IMG/VR virus record: IMGVR_UViG_3300020172_001601 | Location: 186,001-250,000 of that record | Direction: 5' to 3' (one strand) | Length of the DNA stretch: 64,000 nt | In this document: positions 25,354 through 35,278 of the stretch, in pieces | Layout: each line of letters opens with the position of its first letter | Position numbering within the stretch: position 1 is the stretch's first letter | The notes under the pieces: generated by a model | Database searches by the model: none | What the model saw: only the letters and a program-made list of their open reading frames with translations | What the model was told of the DNA's origin: nothing | Position numbers and translations under genes: made by a program

Positions 25354-27558
25354 ATGAGCAACTCAACCGGAGCCAGTGATATGTTCACCAACAAATTTGC
25401 GGGAACTTGTAATAATCCTACTTGCAAGTGCAAAGTCGAAGCCCAAGCTGGCTTCACTCAGAAAATCAACGGTCGATGGGCCGTATGGTGCAAGCAATGC
25501 GTTCCAGGTCGTATTGAGGCTGCGCCTGCTGTCCGTCGTATTCTTACGACTGATGGAAAGATCATTACGCCGTATGAGCCTCAGAATCTTGATCTTATTC
25601 GGTCAATTCCAGGCGCACGCTGGGAAAAAGACAATCAGTGGTGGAGCGTCAGCCTCGAAATGGCCGACCGTCACCGTCTTTTGGAAGTGGCCGAGAAAAT
25701 TGGCCTCGAAGTTCCTCCGTCTCTTCGTATCATTGAAGTGACCGAGGAAGCACAGAACGCCACCAATGCCGGTCTGTATCCCTTCCAAGTGGAAGGCGTC
25801 AACTTCCTTGCCCACAAGGACAAGGCGTTGCTAGGCGACGAAATGGGCCTTGGTAAGAGTGTTCAGTCACTCATGGGCATTCCTGCTCGTGGTGCTGCCC
25901 TTGTTATTTGCCGTGCCGGTCTGAAGTACAACTGGCTCGATGAAGTCAGCAAGTGGCGTCCCGACTTGAAGCCTGTTGTTCTGAACGGTCGCAAGAGCTT
26001 CCGTTGGCCTGCTGCTGGCGAAGTCGTTATCATCAATAACGATATTCTGCCTGAAGAATTCAATACGCCCAAGAAGAACAAGGGCGAAGCAATGCAAGCC
26101 TATTGGGATCGTCTCAAGACGTATCGCAATGGCCTGAAGGAACGTCACCCACAAGCTGCCAGCGTCAACCTTATCGTTGACGAAGCACACGATTACAAGA
26201 ATCGTGATGCTGCACGCAGCCGCAAGGTGAAGGAATTCTCCAAGCTGGCTCGCAAGCTGACTGGTTTGACTGGTTCGCCGTTGACCAATCGTCCTGAAGA
26301 CCTGTTCGGTGTATTGGATGTATTGGGATTAGCAAAAGAAGTGTTCGGAACGTGGGAACGGTTCCAGCTATTGTTCAATGCCTACTCGGAGCGGGTGTGG
26401 ACTGGCAAGGGCTACATTAACAAGATTGTATGGGGTAAGCCTCAGCCTATTGTTCCTGAATTGCTTCGTCGTTCGATGCTTCGTCGTCGCCGTGCCGATG
26501 TATTGCCGGACCTTCCTGCTAAGACCTACACTAACCTGTTGGTCGGGCCGGTTGACCCTGCACTCCAGAAAGCACTGGATGAAATGTGGGAAGAATGGGG
26601 AACCGCTGTTCAAATTGAAGGCGAACTTCCTCCGTTCGAGAAGTTCAGTGAAATTCGTGAAAAGCTGGCCCGCAGTCGGGTCGATGCTATGATCGAATAC
26701 GTTGAAAACGCTGAAGAACAAGACGTTCCTTTGGTGGTGTTCAGCGCTCACTTGGCTCCGCTTGATGCCCTATTGGGTCGTCCGGGGTGGGCAGTGATTA
26801 CTGGTGTGACTTCTCCATTAAAACGTCAAGAAATTGTTCGGGCCTTTCAAGCCGGGCAATTGAAGGGCGTCGGAGTTAGCATCAAGGCTGGTGGTGTTGG
26901 GATTAACCTAACTCACGCTTGGAAGGCGTTGTTTGTTGACCTTGATTGGACTCCTGCTGCCAACTGGCAAGCAGAAGACCGTATTGCTCGTATTGGGCAA
27001 TTGTCCAATAAAGTGGAAATCATTCGCATGGTGAGCGATCACCCACTCGATCTGCATATTCAGAACATGCTGGTCGATAAGATCGACACGATCATCAAGG
27101 CGATTGATTCGTCGGTCCACGGTGAGAAGGTTGAAGTCAAACCCGGCGTACAGGGCGAGACTGAAGAAGAGTTTCAAGCCCGTATTAACAAACTATTGGA
27201 GCGTGCTGAGGCCGACATTAAAGAACGCAAGGCACGAGCCGAGAGTGATCGTAAGATCGCAGCCAAGGGCAAGGTGGGCGTCATCCATAGCCGTGAGAAG
27301 GCACGACTAACGAAGAAGGTATTGCCCCTGACTGCCGAAAGAACCGAAGCTGTTCGTGATTCTTTCAAGTATATGCTGTCCGTTTGTGACGGGGCGCATA
27401 CTTGGGATAACGTCGGCTTCAATAAACCTGACGCATCGGTGGCACACTGGTTGTTGTCGGCTGGTCTGGAAACAGATCAGGAAGTTGAAGCAGCATACTA
27501 TATGCTGACTCGATACCACCGACAGCTTGCTCCCAAGTACCCGGTGCTTTTCAAGTAA
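25354..27558 (+). CDS. SNF2/SWI2-family (SF2) helicase/ATPase
   Basis: GDEMGLGKS, VDEAH, LTGSPLTNRPEDL, QAEDRIARIGQ. Confidence 0.92.
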   Translation: MSNSTGASDMFTNKFAGTCNNPTCKCKVEAQAGFTQKINGRWAVWCKQCVPGRIEAAPAVRRILTTDGKIITPYEPQNLDLIRSIPGARWEKDNQWWSVSLEMADRHRLLEVAEKIGLEVPPSLRIIEVTEEAQNATNAGLYPFQVEGVNFLAHKDKALLGDEMGLGKSVQSLMGIPARGAALVICRAGLKYNWLDEVSKWRPDLKPVVLNGRKSFRWPAAGEVVIINNDILPEEFNTPKKNKGEAMQAYWDRLKTYRNGLKERHPQAASVNLIVDEAHDYKNRDAARSRKVKEFSKLARKLTGLTGSPLTNRPEDLFGVLDVLGLAKEVFGTWERFQLLFNAYSERVWTGKGYINKIVWGKPQPIVPELLRRSMLRRRRADVLPDLPAKTYTNLLVGPVDPALQKALDEMWEEWGTAVQIEGELPPFEKFSEIREKLARSRVDAMIEYVENAEEQDVPLVVFSAHLAPLDALLGRPGWAVITGVTSPLKRQEIVRAFQAGQLKGVGVSIKAGGVGINLTHAWKALFVDLDWTPAANWQAEDRIARIGQLSNKVEIIRMVSDHPLDLHIQNMLVDKIDTIIKAIDSSVHGEKVEVKPGVQGETEEEFQARINKLLERAEADIKERKARAESDRKIAAKGKVGVIHSREKARLTKKVLPLTAERTEAVRDSFKYMLSVCDGAHTWDNVGFNKPDASVAHWLLSAGLETDQEVEAAYYMLTRYHRQLAPKYPVLFK

Positions 27559-27565
27559 CCGACAC

Positions 27566-27599
27566 GAGAGGGGATGTTAAACCATCCCCTTTCGTCTTT
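27566..27599 (+). terminator. probable intrinsic terminator
   Basis: GAGAGGGGATG-TTAAAC-CATCCCCTTTC then GTCTTT. Confidence 0.7.
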
Positions 27600-27610
27600 G
27601 AGGGTAGTGA

Positions 27611-27823
27611 ATGATTCCGGGCAATTGTCTGGTTTGCGCACTAGCAATCTGGCTAGTGCATGGCGGGGAAATCATTAGGAGTTATCGACCGGGAACGAGA
27701 ATACCGCATTGGCTAGTCAAGTGTCGAGACGGCCTGATTAGGCACTTCACGGTTGAAAAGAACATACTCCCTAAGCCATTTTGCTATCTCGTTTTCCTTG
27801 GCCGATTTGAAAGATCGGGTTGA
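27611..27823 (+). CDS. small hypothetical protein
   Basis: GAGGG SD, 70 aa. Confidence 0.6.
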   Translation: MIPGNCLVCALAIWLVHGGEIIRSYRPGTRIPHWLVKCRDGLIRHFTVEKNILPKPFCYLVFLGRFERSG

Positions 27824-27849
27824 ACCAACCGTGGCGTCTGCTCTCTTGG
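27821..27849 (+). promoter_or_regulatory. class II motif
   Basis: TGAACC-N14-CTCTCTTGG. Confidence 0.7.
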
Positions 27850-27889
27850 TTTACAGGAAGAAACCAACCTTAACTAAGAAAGCAATCAA

Positions 27890-28201
27890 ATGCCTCAGCA
27901 ACTTGCAGTTCAGCCCGCACGATTCATCAATGCTGAACCCGGTATTCTCCCCTTCGCCGAGGGACCAGTGCCGGTCGTGCTTCTGTCCTTTGGTGCAGAA
28001 GAAGGCCCAATCGAAGATCGAGCCATTGGCATCATTGAAGCTCGTCAGATGGTGATGGACATTTTGGAATCGCTGGCTACGATGGGCGATCCGCTGGCCC
28101 AGGCTATTGGCAGTCAATTCTTCGGACAGGGCAGCGAGGCTCCTGATGACGGTGGCCAATACGACGATGGCTATTCCGACTGTGGCGATTGTGGGCAATA
28201 A
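27890..28201 (+). CDS. hypothetical protein
   Basis: ORF after class II motif. Confidence 0.65.
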   Translation: MPQQLAVQPARFINAEPGILPFAEGPVPVVLLSFGAEEGPIEDRAIGIIEARQMVMDILESLATMGDPLAQAIGSQFFGQGSEAPDDGGQYDDGYSDCGDCGQ

Positions 28202-28202
28202 C

Positions 28203-28433
28203 ATGGTTAATCCAAAGAACGCATCTTCTGCAAAACAAATGCTCGAACTCATTGCTCAACGTAGCGGTGAGGATCGGGCTAATGTTTTTTTAGACATCAT
28301 CATCGACACGATATTGCACAAGGGCGATGATGATGTTTGGACGCAGCAACAAGTTCTCAATCGTATTGCTGGAATATATGGCGTTGCACCACCAACTCTC
28401 AAGTTGAGTGCCAATAACGATATTCCGTTTTGA
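28203..28433 (+). CDS. hypothetical protein
   Basis: Packed ORF. Confidence 0.6.
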   Translation: MVNPKNASSAKQMLELIAQRSGEDRANVFLDIIIDTILHKGDDDVWTQQQVLNRIAGIYGVAPPTLKLSANNDIPF

Positions 28434-28462
28434 TTTACAACATACTGATTGTGTGGTACAAT
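28434..28462 (+). promoter_or_regulatory. class I promoter
   Basis: TTTACA-N17-TACAAT. Confidence 0.75.
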
Positions 28463-28484
28463 CCTGTTGGACGAGGGAAATTCG

Positions 28485-28961
28485 ATGAACAATTCGGCAT
28501 ATTGGATTGCCGTGAGAGGCATTGCGAAGAAAGCACTGTACGCATTCGGCACCGGCCCGCTATACGACTTTGTTCATGGAACCGTTACCAGAAGTCCTGA
28601 ACATGGAGAAAAGGTTCGTGCCTATTTGCGTGAACAGGTTGAATATTCAAGCTGGGTTGTTTCCCACAGAGTCGTTCTTGAGTCTATGCAAGAGGATGTC
28701 CGGCAGCAAGCTGACTTGTTGTTGAAGGCCAATGCTCCTACTTACTATCGCCTCCGATTTGGTGGCGTGCGGTTTGTAGTGGCTCCAGATTTCGATGACA
28801 CCGATAGTGATGATTACGAAACACCGATGCGGTGGAACCATCCCGATGAAATCGGAACGGCGATGGTTAAGTTGGAGAATCAATACAAGCAGGCCAAGTT
28901 GTCTTTGCCCACTATTGAAATCGTGGCATTCAACAAAGAACATCAGGAAATACCAAAATGA
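28485..28961 (+). CDS. hypothetical protein
   Basis: GAGGG SD. Confidence 0.7.
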   Translation: MNNSAYWIAVRGIAKKALYAFGTGPLYDFVHGTVTRSPEHGEKVRAYLREQVEYSSWVVSHRVVLESMQEDVRQQADLLLKANAPTYYRLRFGGVRFVVAPDFDDTDSDDYETPMRWNHPDEIGTAMVKLENQYKQAKLSLPTIEIVAFNKEHQEIPK

Positions 28962-29842
28962 AAAACAAAATTGATCCAAGCTGGATTTCCTGGGCCGAGA
29001 CTCAAGTTCGCTTGCTGAAGGATGGTGGATATATCATCTTCCCGTCTGACGGCGCTATCTTCCAACTCAACAAGACCAGCCAGACTCTCACGTTGGTTTG
29101 TTGCGTGCCGTCGTGGATTGGCTCGGACATTGAGACGATCAACCGTCAAGTGTTTGCCAAGATTCAATACCGATACGAGCGGCCTGTTGATGTGCCGACT
29201 ACTCCTGACGCCATCATTGACAAGATTTTCGCTAACCTACAAAAGTATGCGTCGGATATTCCTACGCTGCTACATGGCATTGGCGTGATCTTCAAACTCA
29301 AGCGAGAGAATGAGTCGCAGGACGACAAGGTATTGGACCTGATTGCCAAGAAGGGCAAGAAGCTGCCCATCAATCCCGTGACCATTAGGGGCGAAGGAAA
29401 CTTCACTGTCGGTCGTTTGTGGATCGGCGTGGACTCTGTGCCTGATACGGCTCACCGCTTCAATCCAGCGGTGCAGCGTGGTCCACGATGGGAGAAGCCC
29501 GTCACTATCCTTCTGTGGAAGGAAGGGCAAAGCCTCAACGTCGATGACCCTAATCGCCCGGCGATGATTGTGGACGAGCCAGACTTCATTCAGTTCGTCA
29601 ATTCACTGAATGATTCACTGGCAGCACACGTCAAGCTATGGGGGCAGGCTGATCGAGTGAATGAACATCAGAAGATGTTTGCTCTATTCGATAAGCATGA
29701 AGAGGATTCACGCCTTGAAGTCAAGTTGTATAGAACCAACGATGACTACACTGAGCAAACTCTGGTCGGTGAGGCGGTCCTTAACTCCAAGAAGTTCTTT
29801 GAAGGGCTGGGGCATTTATTCCCCAATGGAGAATTGTCGTGA
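28958..29842 (+). CDS. hypothetical protein
   Basis: ATGA-coupled 294-aa ORF. Confidence 0.75.
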   Translation: MKNKIDPSWISWAETQVRLLKDGGYIIFPSDGAIFQLNKTSQTLTLVCCVPSWIGSDIETINRQVFAKIQYRYERPVDVPTTPDAIIDKIFANLQKYASDIPTLLHGIGVIFKLKRENESQDDKVLDLIAKKGKKLPINPVTIRGEGNFTVGRLWIGVDSVPDTAHRFNPAVQRGPRWEKPVTILLWKEGQSLNVDDPNRPAMIVDEPDFIQFVNSLNDSLAAHVKLWGQADRVNEHQKMFALFDKHEEDSRLEVKLYRTNDDYTEQTLVGEAVLNSKKFFEGLGHLFPNGELS

Positions 29843-30204
29843 TACCACTTGGAATTTTCCTAGCAATAGTTGTTTTGATTTTTGCTGGGCTATTTTTACT
29901 TATGTGGTTCTTGGTCAGAGAAGAACCACCTTGCCTTTCACTAGGCGAACCAGAAAGAGTTACAGGTGGCTTTTCTGTAATTTCACGACCAAAGATTGTT
30001 GATTATCTGATCGACCCCGATACCAGATTATCGCATATCTTTGTAATGCCTGATGCTTTGGCAACAGGACAAATAACTGGATATATGCCCTTTACTGAAG
30101 AGGCACAAGGCATCAGCAATATCAAGCTGGTGCGATCTGGCACGGGCTTCAGGGTCTATAACCATCCGACCGTCAAAGAGGGGCAATGGTTGCCATGTCG
30201 ATAA
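29839..30204 (+). CDS. N-terminally anchored membrane protein
   Basis: TM segment residues 3-25. Confidence 0.65.
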   Translation: MIPLGIFLAIVVLIFAGLFLLMWFLVREEPPCLSLGEPERVTGGFSVISRPKIVDYLIDPDTRLSHIFVMPDALATGQITGYMPFTEEAQGISNIKLVRSGTGFRVYNHPTVKEGQWLPCR

Positions 30205-30650
30205 GGAACTACCAAGTCCGAGATTTGGTAAATACTACTGACGAGTTCGGCGCACGAACTTTCGCCTTGGTTTCCATCACCGAAACCGGCTATCGTGCTG
30301 TTGCCATGAAGGACAAAAAACGGTATAACCTAACCGACGAGCAGATCGCTTGTAAAGTTGGAACTATATCAGAAGACAGTCCTTTACTCATCGAAGACGA
30401 ATATGATGCTCAACGAGGCAAAGAATATTGTCTTCAACAGGCTCGTGAGTTTCCAGCCGAGGCCGTTAAATGGCGTGCCTTGGCGAACCTCAAACCCGGC
30501 AGCACGGTCTGTCTTGTTCACCGGCGCACGATCTTTCGAGACGCCGTGTTCCTCGCAGTAAATTTCAAAAAGCCTCTTTATCCGATTCGGGCCAAGATCA
30601 AAGGTCTGGCCCATGACTTCCGGCTTGACGCCATGCTCCCTGAAGATTGA
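30195..30650 (+). CDS. hypothetical protein
   Basis: Packed ORF. Confidence 0.7.
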   Translation: MSIRNYQVRDLVNTTDEFGARTFALVSITETGYRAVAMKDKKRYNLTDEQIACKVGTISEDSPLLIEDEYDAQRGKEYCLQQAREFPAEAVKWRALANLKPGSTVCLVHRRTIFRDAVFLAVNFKKPLYPIRAKIKGLAHDFRLDAMLPED

Positions 30651-30679
30651 TTTACAACCAATCGAAATCAGGGTATAAT
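30651..30679 (+). promoter_or_regulatory. class I promoter
   Basis: TTTACA-N17-TATAAT. Confidence 0.8.
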
Positions 30680-30702
30680 CGACTGAAACGAAAGGGAACC
30701 AC

Positions 30703-31077
30703 ATGCCAATTGAATTTGAAGATGGCTCGTCGCTTGCTACGGAAGACTGGTTCCGAATTATGTCCGTCATCAAACAACGGGCAAAAGAAGGCAAGCCGAA
30801 GCCTGTTGAGATCAAACAGAACAACGTCACCGTGAAGGTCAAGGGATTCGATCCTGTCGCAACTGGCGGCAAGGTTGTCAGTCCAGAATATGCCAACTAT
30901 ATCGAATCGACACACAATGGATGGAAAGTCCGTGTGTGGCGAAAAGAGGAAGAAGGTGTATATGGCTGCAATTACTTTCAGGGCGAAGACATTCGTTACC
31001 TCGAAGTGCCATTCGGTGATGTTCGGGACGAGAACGGGGTATTCAAATACGCTTCCTCAATCATCGACGATATTTGA
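30703..31077 (+). CDS. hypothetical protein
   Basis: AAGGGA SD. Confidence 0.7.
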   Translation: MPIEFEDGSSLATEDWFRIMSVIKQRAKEGKPKPVEIKQNNVTVKVKGFDPVATGGKVVSPEYANYIESTHNGWKVRVWRKEEEGVYGCNYFQGEDIRYLEVPFGDVRDENGVFKYASSIIDDI

Positions 31078-31087
31078 AAGAAATGAA

Positions 31088-31462
31088 ATGAACAAATCCA
31101 AAACCAAAATTTGGTTATATGTTGTAGCTGCCATCTTTCTGTTTGGGTTCGGCATTCGTGGTTGCATGTATGTCGGAACCTTCACATATTCCGAGGGCGA
31201 GCGAACCGGCACTATTGCCAAATTCAGCAACAAAGGTTTGTTCATCAAAACCTGGGAAGGCGAACTTCATCAAGGTGGCTTGGACCAAGGTGGTGTGGCC
31301 AAAGTGTGGAGCTTCAGTGTAATTGACCCTGGCGTTGTCGAAAAGATTCATGCAGCCCAACGCTCCGGTGGTCAACACACTCTGAAGTATCGTCAACAAA
31401 TGATGAAGCAAAGCTGGCGAGGCGAAACAGACTACTTCATCGTTGATGTGATAGCAGAATGA
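31088..31462 (+). CDS. membrane-anchored phage protein
   Basis: TM then YSEGERTGTIAKFSNKGLFIKTWEGEL. Confidence 0.7.
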   Translation: MNKSKTKIWLYVVAAIFLFGFGIRGCMYVGTFTYSEGERTGTIAKFSNKGLFIKTWEGELHQGGLDQGGVAKVWSFSVIDPGVVEKIHAAQRSGGQHTLKYRQQMMKQSWRGETDYFIVDVIAE

Positions 31463-31755
31463 AACCTCAAAAAAAGTTCGACATGACGATCCGAGATAAG
31501 TCCCAGGTCGCTCATGACGGTCAACATAGACATGGCAATGAACATGCCACGATTGAAGTTGAAAACGAAGGCTTGAGGTTGGTCGCCCGCCACATAAAAG
31601 TGAGCGGGTGCTTGCCTTTGCCGATAACGCCAGATATGCAGTTGCCGCTCCATTTTGAAATGAACAGTGACATGACGGGGTTGGCAACTGTCATTTGCGG
31701 GATATGCAGGAAGAAACTCGGCACTTGTTCCGTCAGACACATAAAGAAGAAATAA
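31459..31755 (+). CDS. hypothetical protein with DGQHRH motif
   Basis: ATGA-coupled; CxxC near C-end. Confidence 0.65.
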   Translation: MKPQKKFDMTIRDKSQVAHDGQHRHGNEHATIEVENEGLRLVARHIKVSGCLPLPITPDMQLPLHFEMNSDMTGLATVICGICRKKLGTCSVRHIKKK

Positions 31756-32093
31756 TGTCCAAAGTATATCACGACAAGCAATTTCCCGCCATTGAAGCAC
31801 AGGAGCGTAAGTTCCCTGATGACTTCGTGGAAGTCGCTGAGTGTGCTACTGAAGACTTGGGTGAGATATTCCAACTCACGAATCACATTGACAAAGCATG
31901 GTGGTTGAACGAGGGCGTTCTCAAGACAGTTGATGCCCAAATCCGATCCACTTCGGTTGGTGATGTTGTAGTGCTGTCGGAAGGCACTGCGTATGTTTGC
32001 CGTACTTTGGGTTGGACCGCTATTGGCAAAGTCAATGACGGCCCATTGCCCCTTGTGTTCACAACCGGGATGGGAATATTCGATGGACAATAA
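31755..32093 (+). CDS. hypothetical protein
   Basis: TAATG-coupled; RSTSVGDVV motif. Confidence 0.7.
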   Translation: MSKVYHDKQFPAIEAQERKFPDDFVEVAECATEDLGEIFQLTNHIDKAWWLNEGVLKTVDAQIRSTSVGDVVVLSEGTAYVCRTLGWTAIGKVNDGPLPLVFTTGMGIFDGQ

Positions 32094-32535
32094 TCAAAAT
32101 CATTCCAAGCCATTGCCTAAATGGACCGAGAAACTGTTTGCCTTGATTCACAAGCATTGGCAGTATCACGCTCCATGTGTGCATATCAACATTCAGGCGT
32201 TCTTTGACCATGAAAATAAGGTGTGGCAGGTGAAGGCCGCACCTGTATATCAGGAGGTCTACGGGGGCGACGAGGATGGCAAGAAGGTATGGGCTGGGTT
32301 CGTCTTCGACATGGGAGACTTCAGCCGAGAAACCGGCGTATGGATTCAAGAATACGCAATTTCCTCTTTCTGTCTGGAGTGTACGCAACACCCAAAATTG
32401 ATGGCACGAGGTAAGTTCCAAGGCCATCAGATGTTCTTGCATATTTTCTTGGAGCCGGTCGCCGAAACTGATGCTGTTGAAGTGATCGACACCATTCAAC
32501 AGGAAATTCGGGACATGCCTGATAGGGAAGAATGA
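32083..32535 (+). CDS. hypothetical protein
   Basis: Overlap-coupled ORF. Confidence 0.7.
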   Translation: MDNNQNHSKPLPKWTEKLFALIHKHWQYHAPCVHINIQAFFDHENKVWQVKAAPVYQEVYGGDEDGKKVWAGFVFDMGDFSRETGVWIQEYAISSFCLECTQHPKLMARGKFQGHQMFLHIFLEPVAETDAVEVIDTIQQEIRDMPDREE

Positions 32536-32960
32536 TGCAAGAGCCTGAACTAGAAGAAATGTTGAATGAAATGACTCTCGATGAACGAGAGGCCCAAGTA
32601 TTATTGGGTGGGCGTCTTTGGACGCCCAAGCCCGATTATATTCAATATTTTCCTCAGACCCTATACACTGACGCCGAACTGGTGGACGCTTTTGTTGATA
32701 CCACATACACTTGGTATGCGGATCAAACAAACACCATGTACGGCTGGCAAGATGAAGTACGGGCAGAACTGATTCGCTGCCTTGCAGAAAACGACGAACC
32801 AGAATCGACCCACCAGTTAATCTATGCTGAAATGAAATTCAGCAAAGAGTGGACAGGTCCAGAAGGAATGTTCACGGAATACCACCCGAAAGGAATGCTT
32901 GATGTTATATGCAAAACTGAAAGAGCGATTGACGCAGGCCATGAAAGCCAGCGACACTAG
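32532..32960 (+). CDS. hypothetical protein
   Basis: ATGA-coupled ORF. Confidence 0.65.
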   Translation: MMQEPELEEMLNEMTLDEREAQVLLGGRLWTPKPDYIQYFPQTLYTDAELVDAFVDTTYTWYADQTNTMYGWQDEVRAELIRCLAENDEPESTHQLIYAEMKFSKEWTGPEGMFTEYHPKGMLDVICKTERAIDAGHESQRH

Positions 32961-33378
32961 CGCCAAGAACGCCGTGCGAGCGGTGCTGTCGAAACTTCAA
33001 ACCTCCGGTCAAGAAACCGACGAGGCTGTGATTTCTTCTGTCAAGATGCTCATCAAGCAAAATGAAGAAGAAATTGAGACACGCAATGGTCGAGTCAAGA
33101 TGGCTGACGGTTCCATCAAGGAAGTTGCTATCTCCGGCCAGGAGAATGAGATCGCACGTCTCAATGCTGAGATTGTGGTCTACAACGAGTTCTTGCCTGA
33201 CTTCTTGAGTGCCGACAAGATCAAAGAGATTTTGGCCTTGCCGCTCCACCAGTCGCAGATCAACGCCGCCAAGAATGCTGGTGCTGCTACGGGTGTTGCC
33301 ATGAAGATTCTGAAGCCGCATGGTGCGGTGGAAGGTGGCACTGTCAAAGACGTTGTTGCTGCTATTTACGGGCAATAA
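32902..33378 (+). CDS. YqeY/GatB C-terminal-like (tRNA-binding) protein
   Basis: LKERLTQAMKASD..VRAVLS..E..VYNEFLPDFLSADKI..G.AMKIL..VEGGTVKDVV. Confidence 0.75.
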   Translation: MLYAKLKERLTQAMKASDTSAKNAVRAVLSKLQTSGQETDEAVISSVKMLIKQNEEEIETRNGRVKMADGSIKEVAISGQENEIARLNAEIVVYNEFLPDFLSADKIKEILALPLHQSQINAAKNAGAATGVAMKILKPHGAVEGGTVKDVVAAIYGQ

Positions 33379-33659
33379 TGAAGGACAATATCATGAGCGA
33401 CACACCAGATAATGTCAAAGAAATTGCTTTGTATGCGTGGCTTGGCGAAGATGAGTTCGGCTCTGGTGTAGTCGGACTCAAACAGGCATTAGTGCCTGCT
33501 GGGATGATCCCTTTGGTTGCGGTGGATAACAACAAGATCGACAGGGAATATATCCGACAGGCCATGCAAGCACAGGCTAATGCCTATGGCAAAACCATAC
33601 GCTTCTGCAAATTCACTTTTGTAGAAGAAATCATCACGATTGAACCGGAGAAGAAGTGA
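33378..33659 (+). CDS. hypothetical protein
   Basis: TAATG-coupled ORF. Confidence 0.7.
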   Translation: MKDNIMSDTPDNVKEIALYAWLGEDEFGSGVVGLKQALVPAGMIPLVAVDNNKIDREYIRQAMQAQANAYGKTIRFCKFTFVEEIITIEPEKK

Positions 33660-34342
33660 TGTTTGGAGCAATGGGCAGCATACGAAAAGACAAAATCCCC
33701 GAAGGAACCAAAGTGGATACTTTGCATTTGCCCGGCATTGCCGAGCGTAGCAACGAATCTTTGGTTGTGCAGGGGAGAGACACCAGTAAACTTCATTTGA
33801 TTGTGGATATGAGCCGCATCGGTGCGGGTCTATTCAACGTCAAGATGGAATATACTTACTTCGCTCCCAGGTCGGGCAGGAACTACCTGTTTGAAATGGT
33901 GATGATGCGGTGGCCGGACGCCAATACTTTCTTGTGGGCTATTGCTTCGTTCCCCATCGAGTATCGGCCCCAGGCTGAAGCGATGGCGAAAGAGTGTGGT
34001 CTTCGGTTGGCTGATGGCATTCCTACCATCTTCGATCATAAAGGCGCACACCAGTTCCCATTGGAAGGCCCTACGGTCTTTACCCTTGAGAACGTCAATG
34101 GTCATCAAGTGTATGGAAATGACAGAGATGCAGTCGAGAAACTGAAGAAGGAAGAACACGCCGCTATTGATGCCATCATCGGTGCTGATCGGGCCAAACT
34201 TCATGCTGAAATGAAGGGGCAAGGCTACACCGATGAACAGATCAAACGTATCCTGAATCATTGGGAATCAGGCGACGAAGCATATGACGAGCCGCCAGCC
34301 GCAGCCAGTGATGGTCAGCATCGTCACAAGGCTCCGTTGTAA
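33656..34342 (+). CDS. hypothetical protein ending SDGQHRHKAPL
   Basis: GTGA-coupled 228-aa ORF. Confidence 0.75.
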   Translation: MMFGAMGSIRKDKIPEGTKVDTLHLPGIAERSNESLVVQGRDTSKLHLIVDMSRIGAGLFNVKMEYTYFAPRSGRNYLFEMVMMRWPDANTFLWAIASFPIEYRPQAEAMAKECGLRLADGIPTIFDHKGAHQFPLEGPTVFTLENVNGHQVYGNDRDAVEKLKKEEHAAIDAIIGADRAKLHAEMKGQGYTDEQIKRILNHWESGDEAYDEPPAAASDGQHRHKAPL

Positions 34343-34377
34343 GAAATGTGCCTAACATTGGCACTAAGGAATGTACT

Positions 34378-34590
34378 ATGTCCGTCGAGAAGTTCAGCAA
34401 AGCCTTTGGCATTTACCATTGGGATACGTTCGACAACGAAACGATCCTGATTGGCGAAGCCGATACGCTTGTAGAAGCACAACAATTCGTTCAAGAGAGG
34501 TACAAGGGTAGGCTTGGTTCCGATGGAGCAGATCGAGTTGATATTGTAGATCAACTTGGCGAAGTTGTGGACCATTATTCAACCCGGTAA
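34378..34590 (+). CDS. hypothetical protein
   Basis: AAGGA SD. Confidence 0.65.
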   Translation: MSVEKFSKAFGIYHWDTFDNETILIGEADTLVEAQQFVQERYKGRLGSDGADRVDIVDQLGEVVDHYSTR

Positions 34591-34602
34591 GGTGGGTGTA
34601 GC

Positions 34603-34839
34603 GTGAATGACTTTCAAAGATATTTTGCTCAAAAGAATCGTGCTGCCACTTTGCCACAAGTCAGAGTGAGCAAGGACGAATTTGTTCGTCGTCTTGTACT
34701 GCAAGGCGAGTCACAAGACAAAGCAGAGCAGATGGCGATGGTCGCCGAGTCATTGGGAAGCCGTATCGAAATAAACAATGAAATGGTCGGCATCAACACC
34801 AAGTACGATGAACTTTTGGAGTCTTCGACCAATGACTGA
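34603..34839 (+). CDS. hypothetical protein
   Basis: Packed ORF. Confidence 0.6.
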   Translation: MNDFQRYFAQKNRAATLPQVRVSKDEFVRRLVLQGESQDKAEQMAMVAESLGSRIEINNEMVGINTKYDELLESSTND

Positions 34840-35278
34840 CAAAACCGAGTTTGAAAAGATTGGCGTGAATACTATTCGCCCGTTCAAGTCGAACGGGCGA
34901 TGGGTGTTTAAGCACAACAATCAAACATACGATATGGCTCCAGCCGGTATTATGGATACCGTATTGAGTCCGTTGGTTATTGGCGCTGATCGGTTGATCG
35001 CTCTCGGCTGTCAGATGAAAGGCATACCGAATCCTGAAGCTGGCTTTAATTTGTTGTTTTCGGAAGAATATTTTCCGAATGCCGATGTTAAGTTCAACTT
35101 CTTGGAAGTCAAGCATAGTGGCTGGATTTATGCCGTTGAGGAACTGAACCTCAAAGGCTTAATGCCCGGTCAATCTGCCTGGATTTGCCCGTACATGACG
35201 TTCTATTACCCTCAGCCGCCCAAGACGTTATATCTCAAGGTCGAACCATTGGAGTCTGGTGATGGAATTCCTGAGTGA
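34832..35278 (+). CDS. DUF6717-like protein
   Basis: IRPFK..RWVF..GAD..FNLLFSEEYFP..GWIY..WICP..PPKTLY. Confidence 0.6.
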   Translation: MTDKTEFEKIGVNTIRPFKSNGRWVFKHNNQTYDMAPAGIMDTVLSPLVIGADRLIALGCQMKGIPNPEAGFNLLFSEEYFPNADVKFNFLEVKHSGWIYAVEELNLKGLMPGQSAWICPYMTFYYPQPPKTLYLKVEPLESGDGIPE

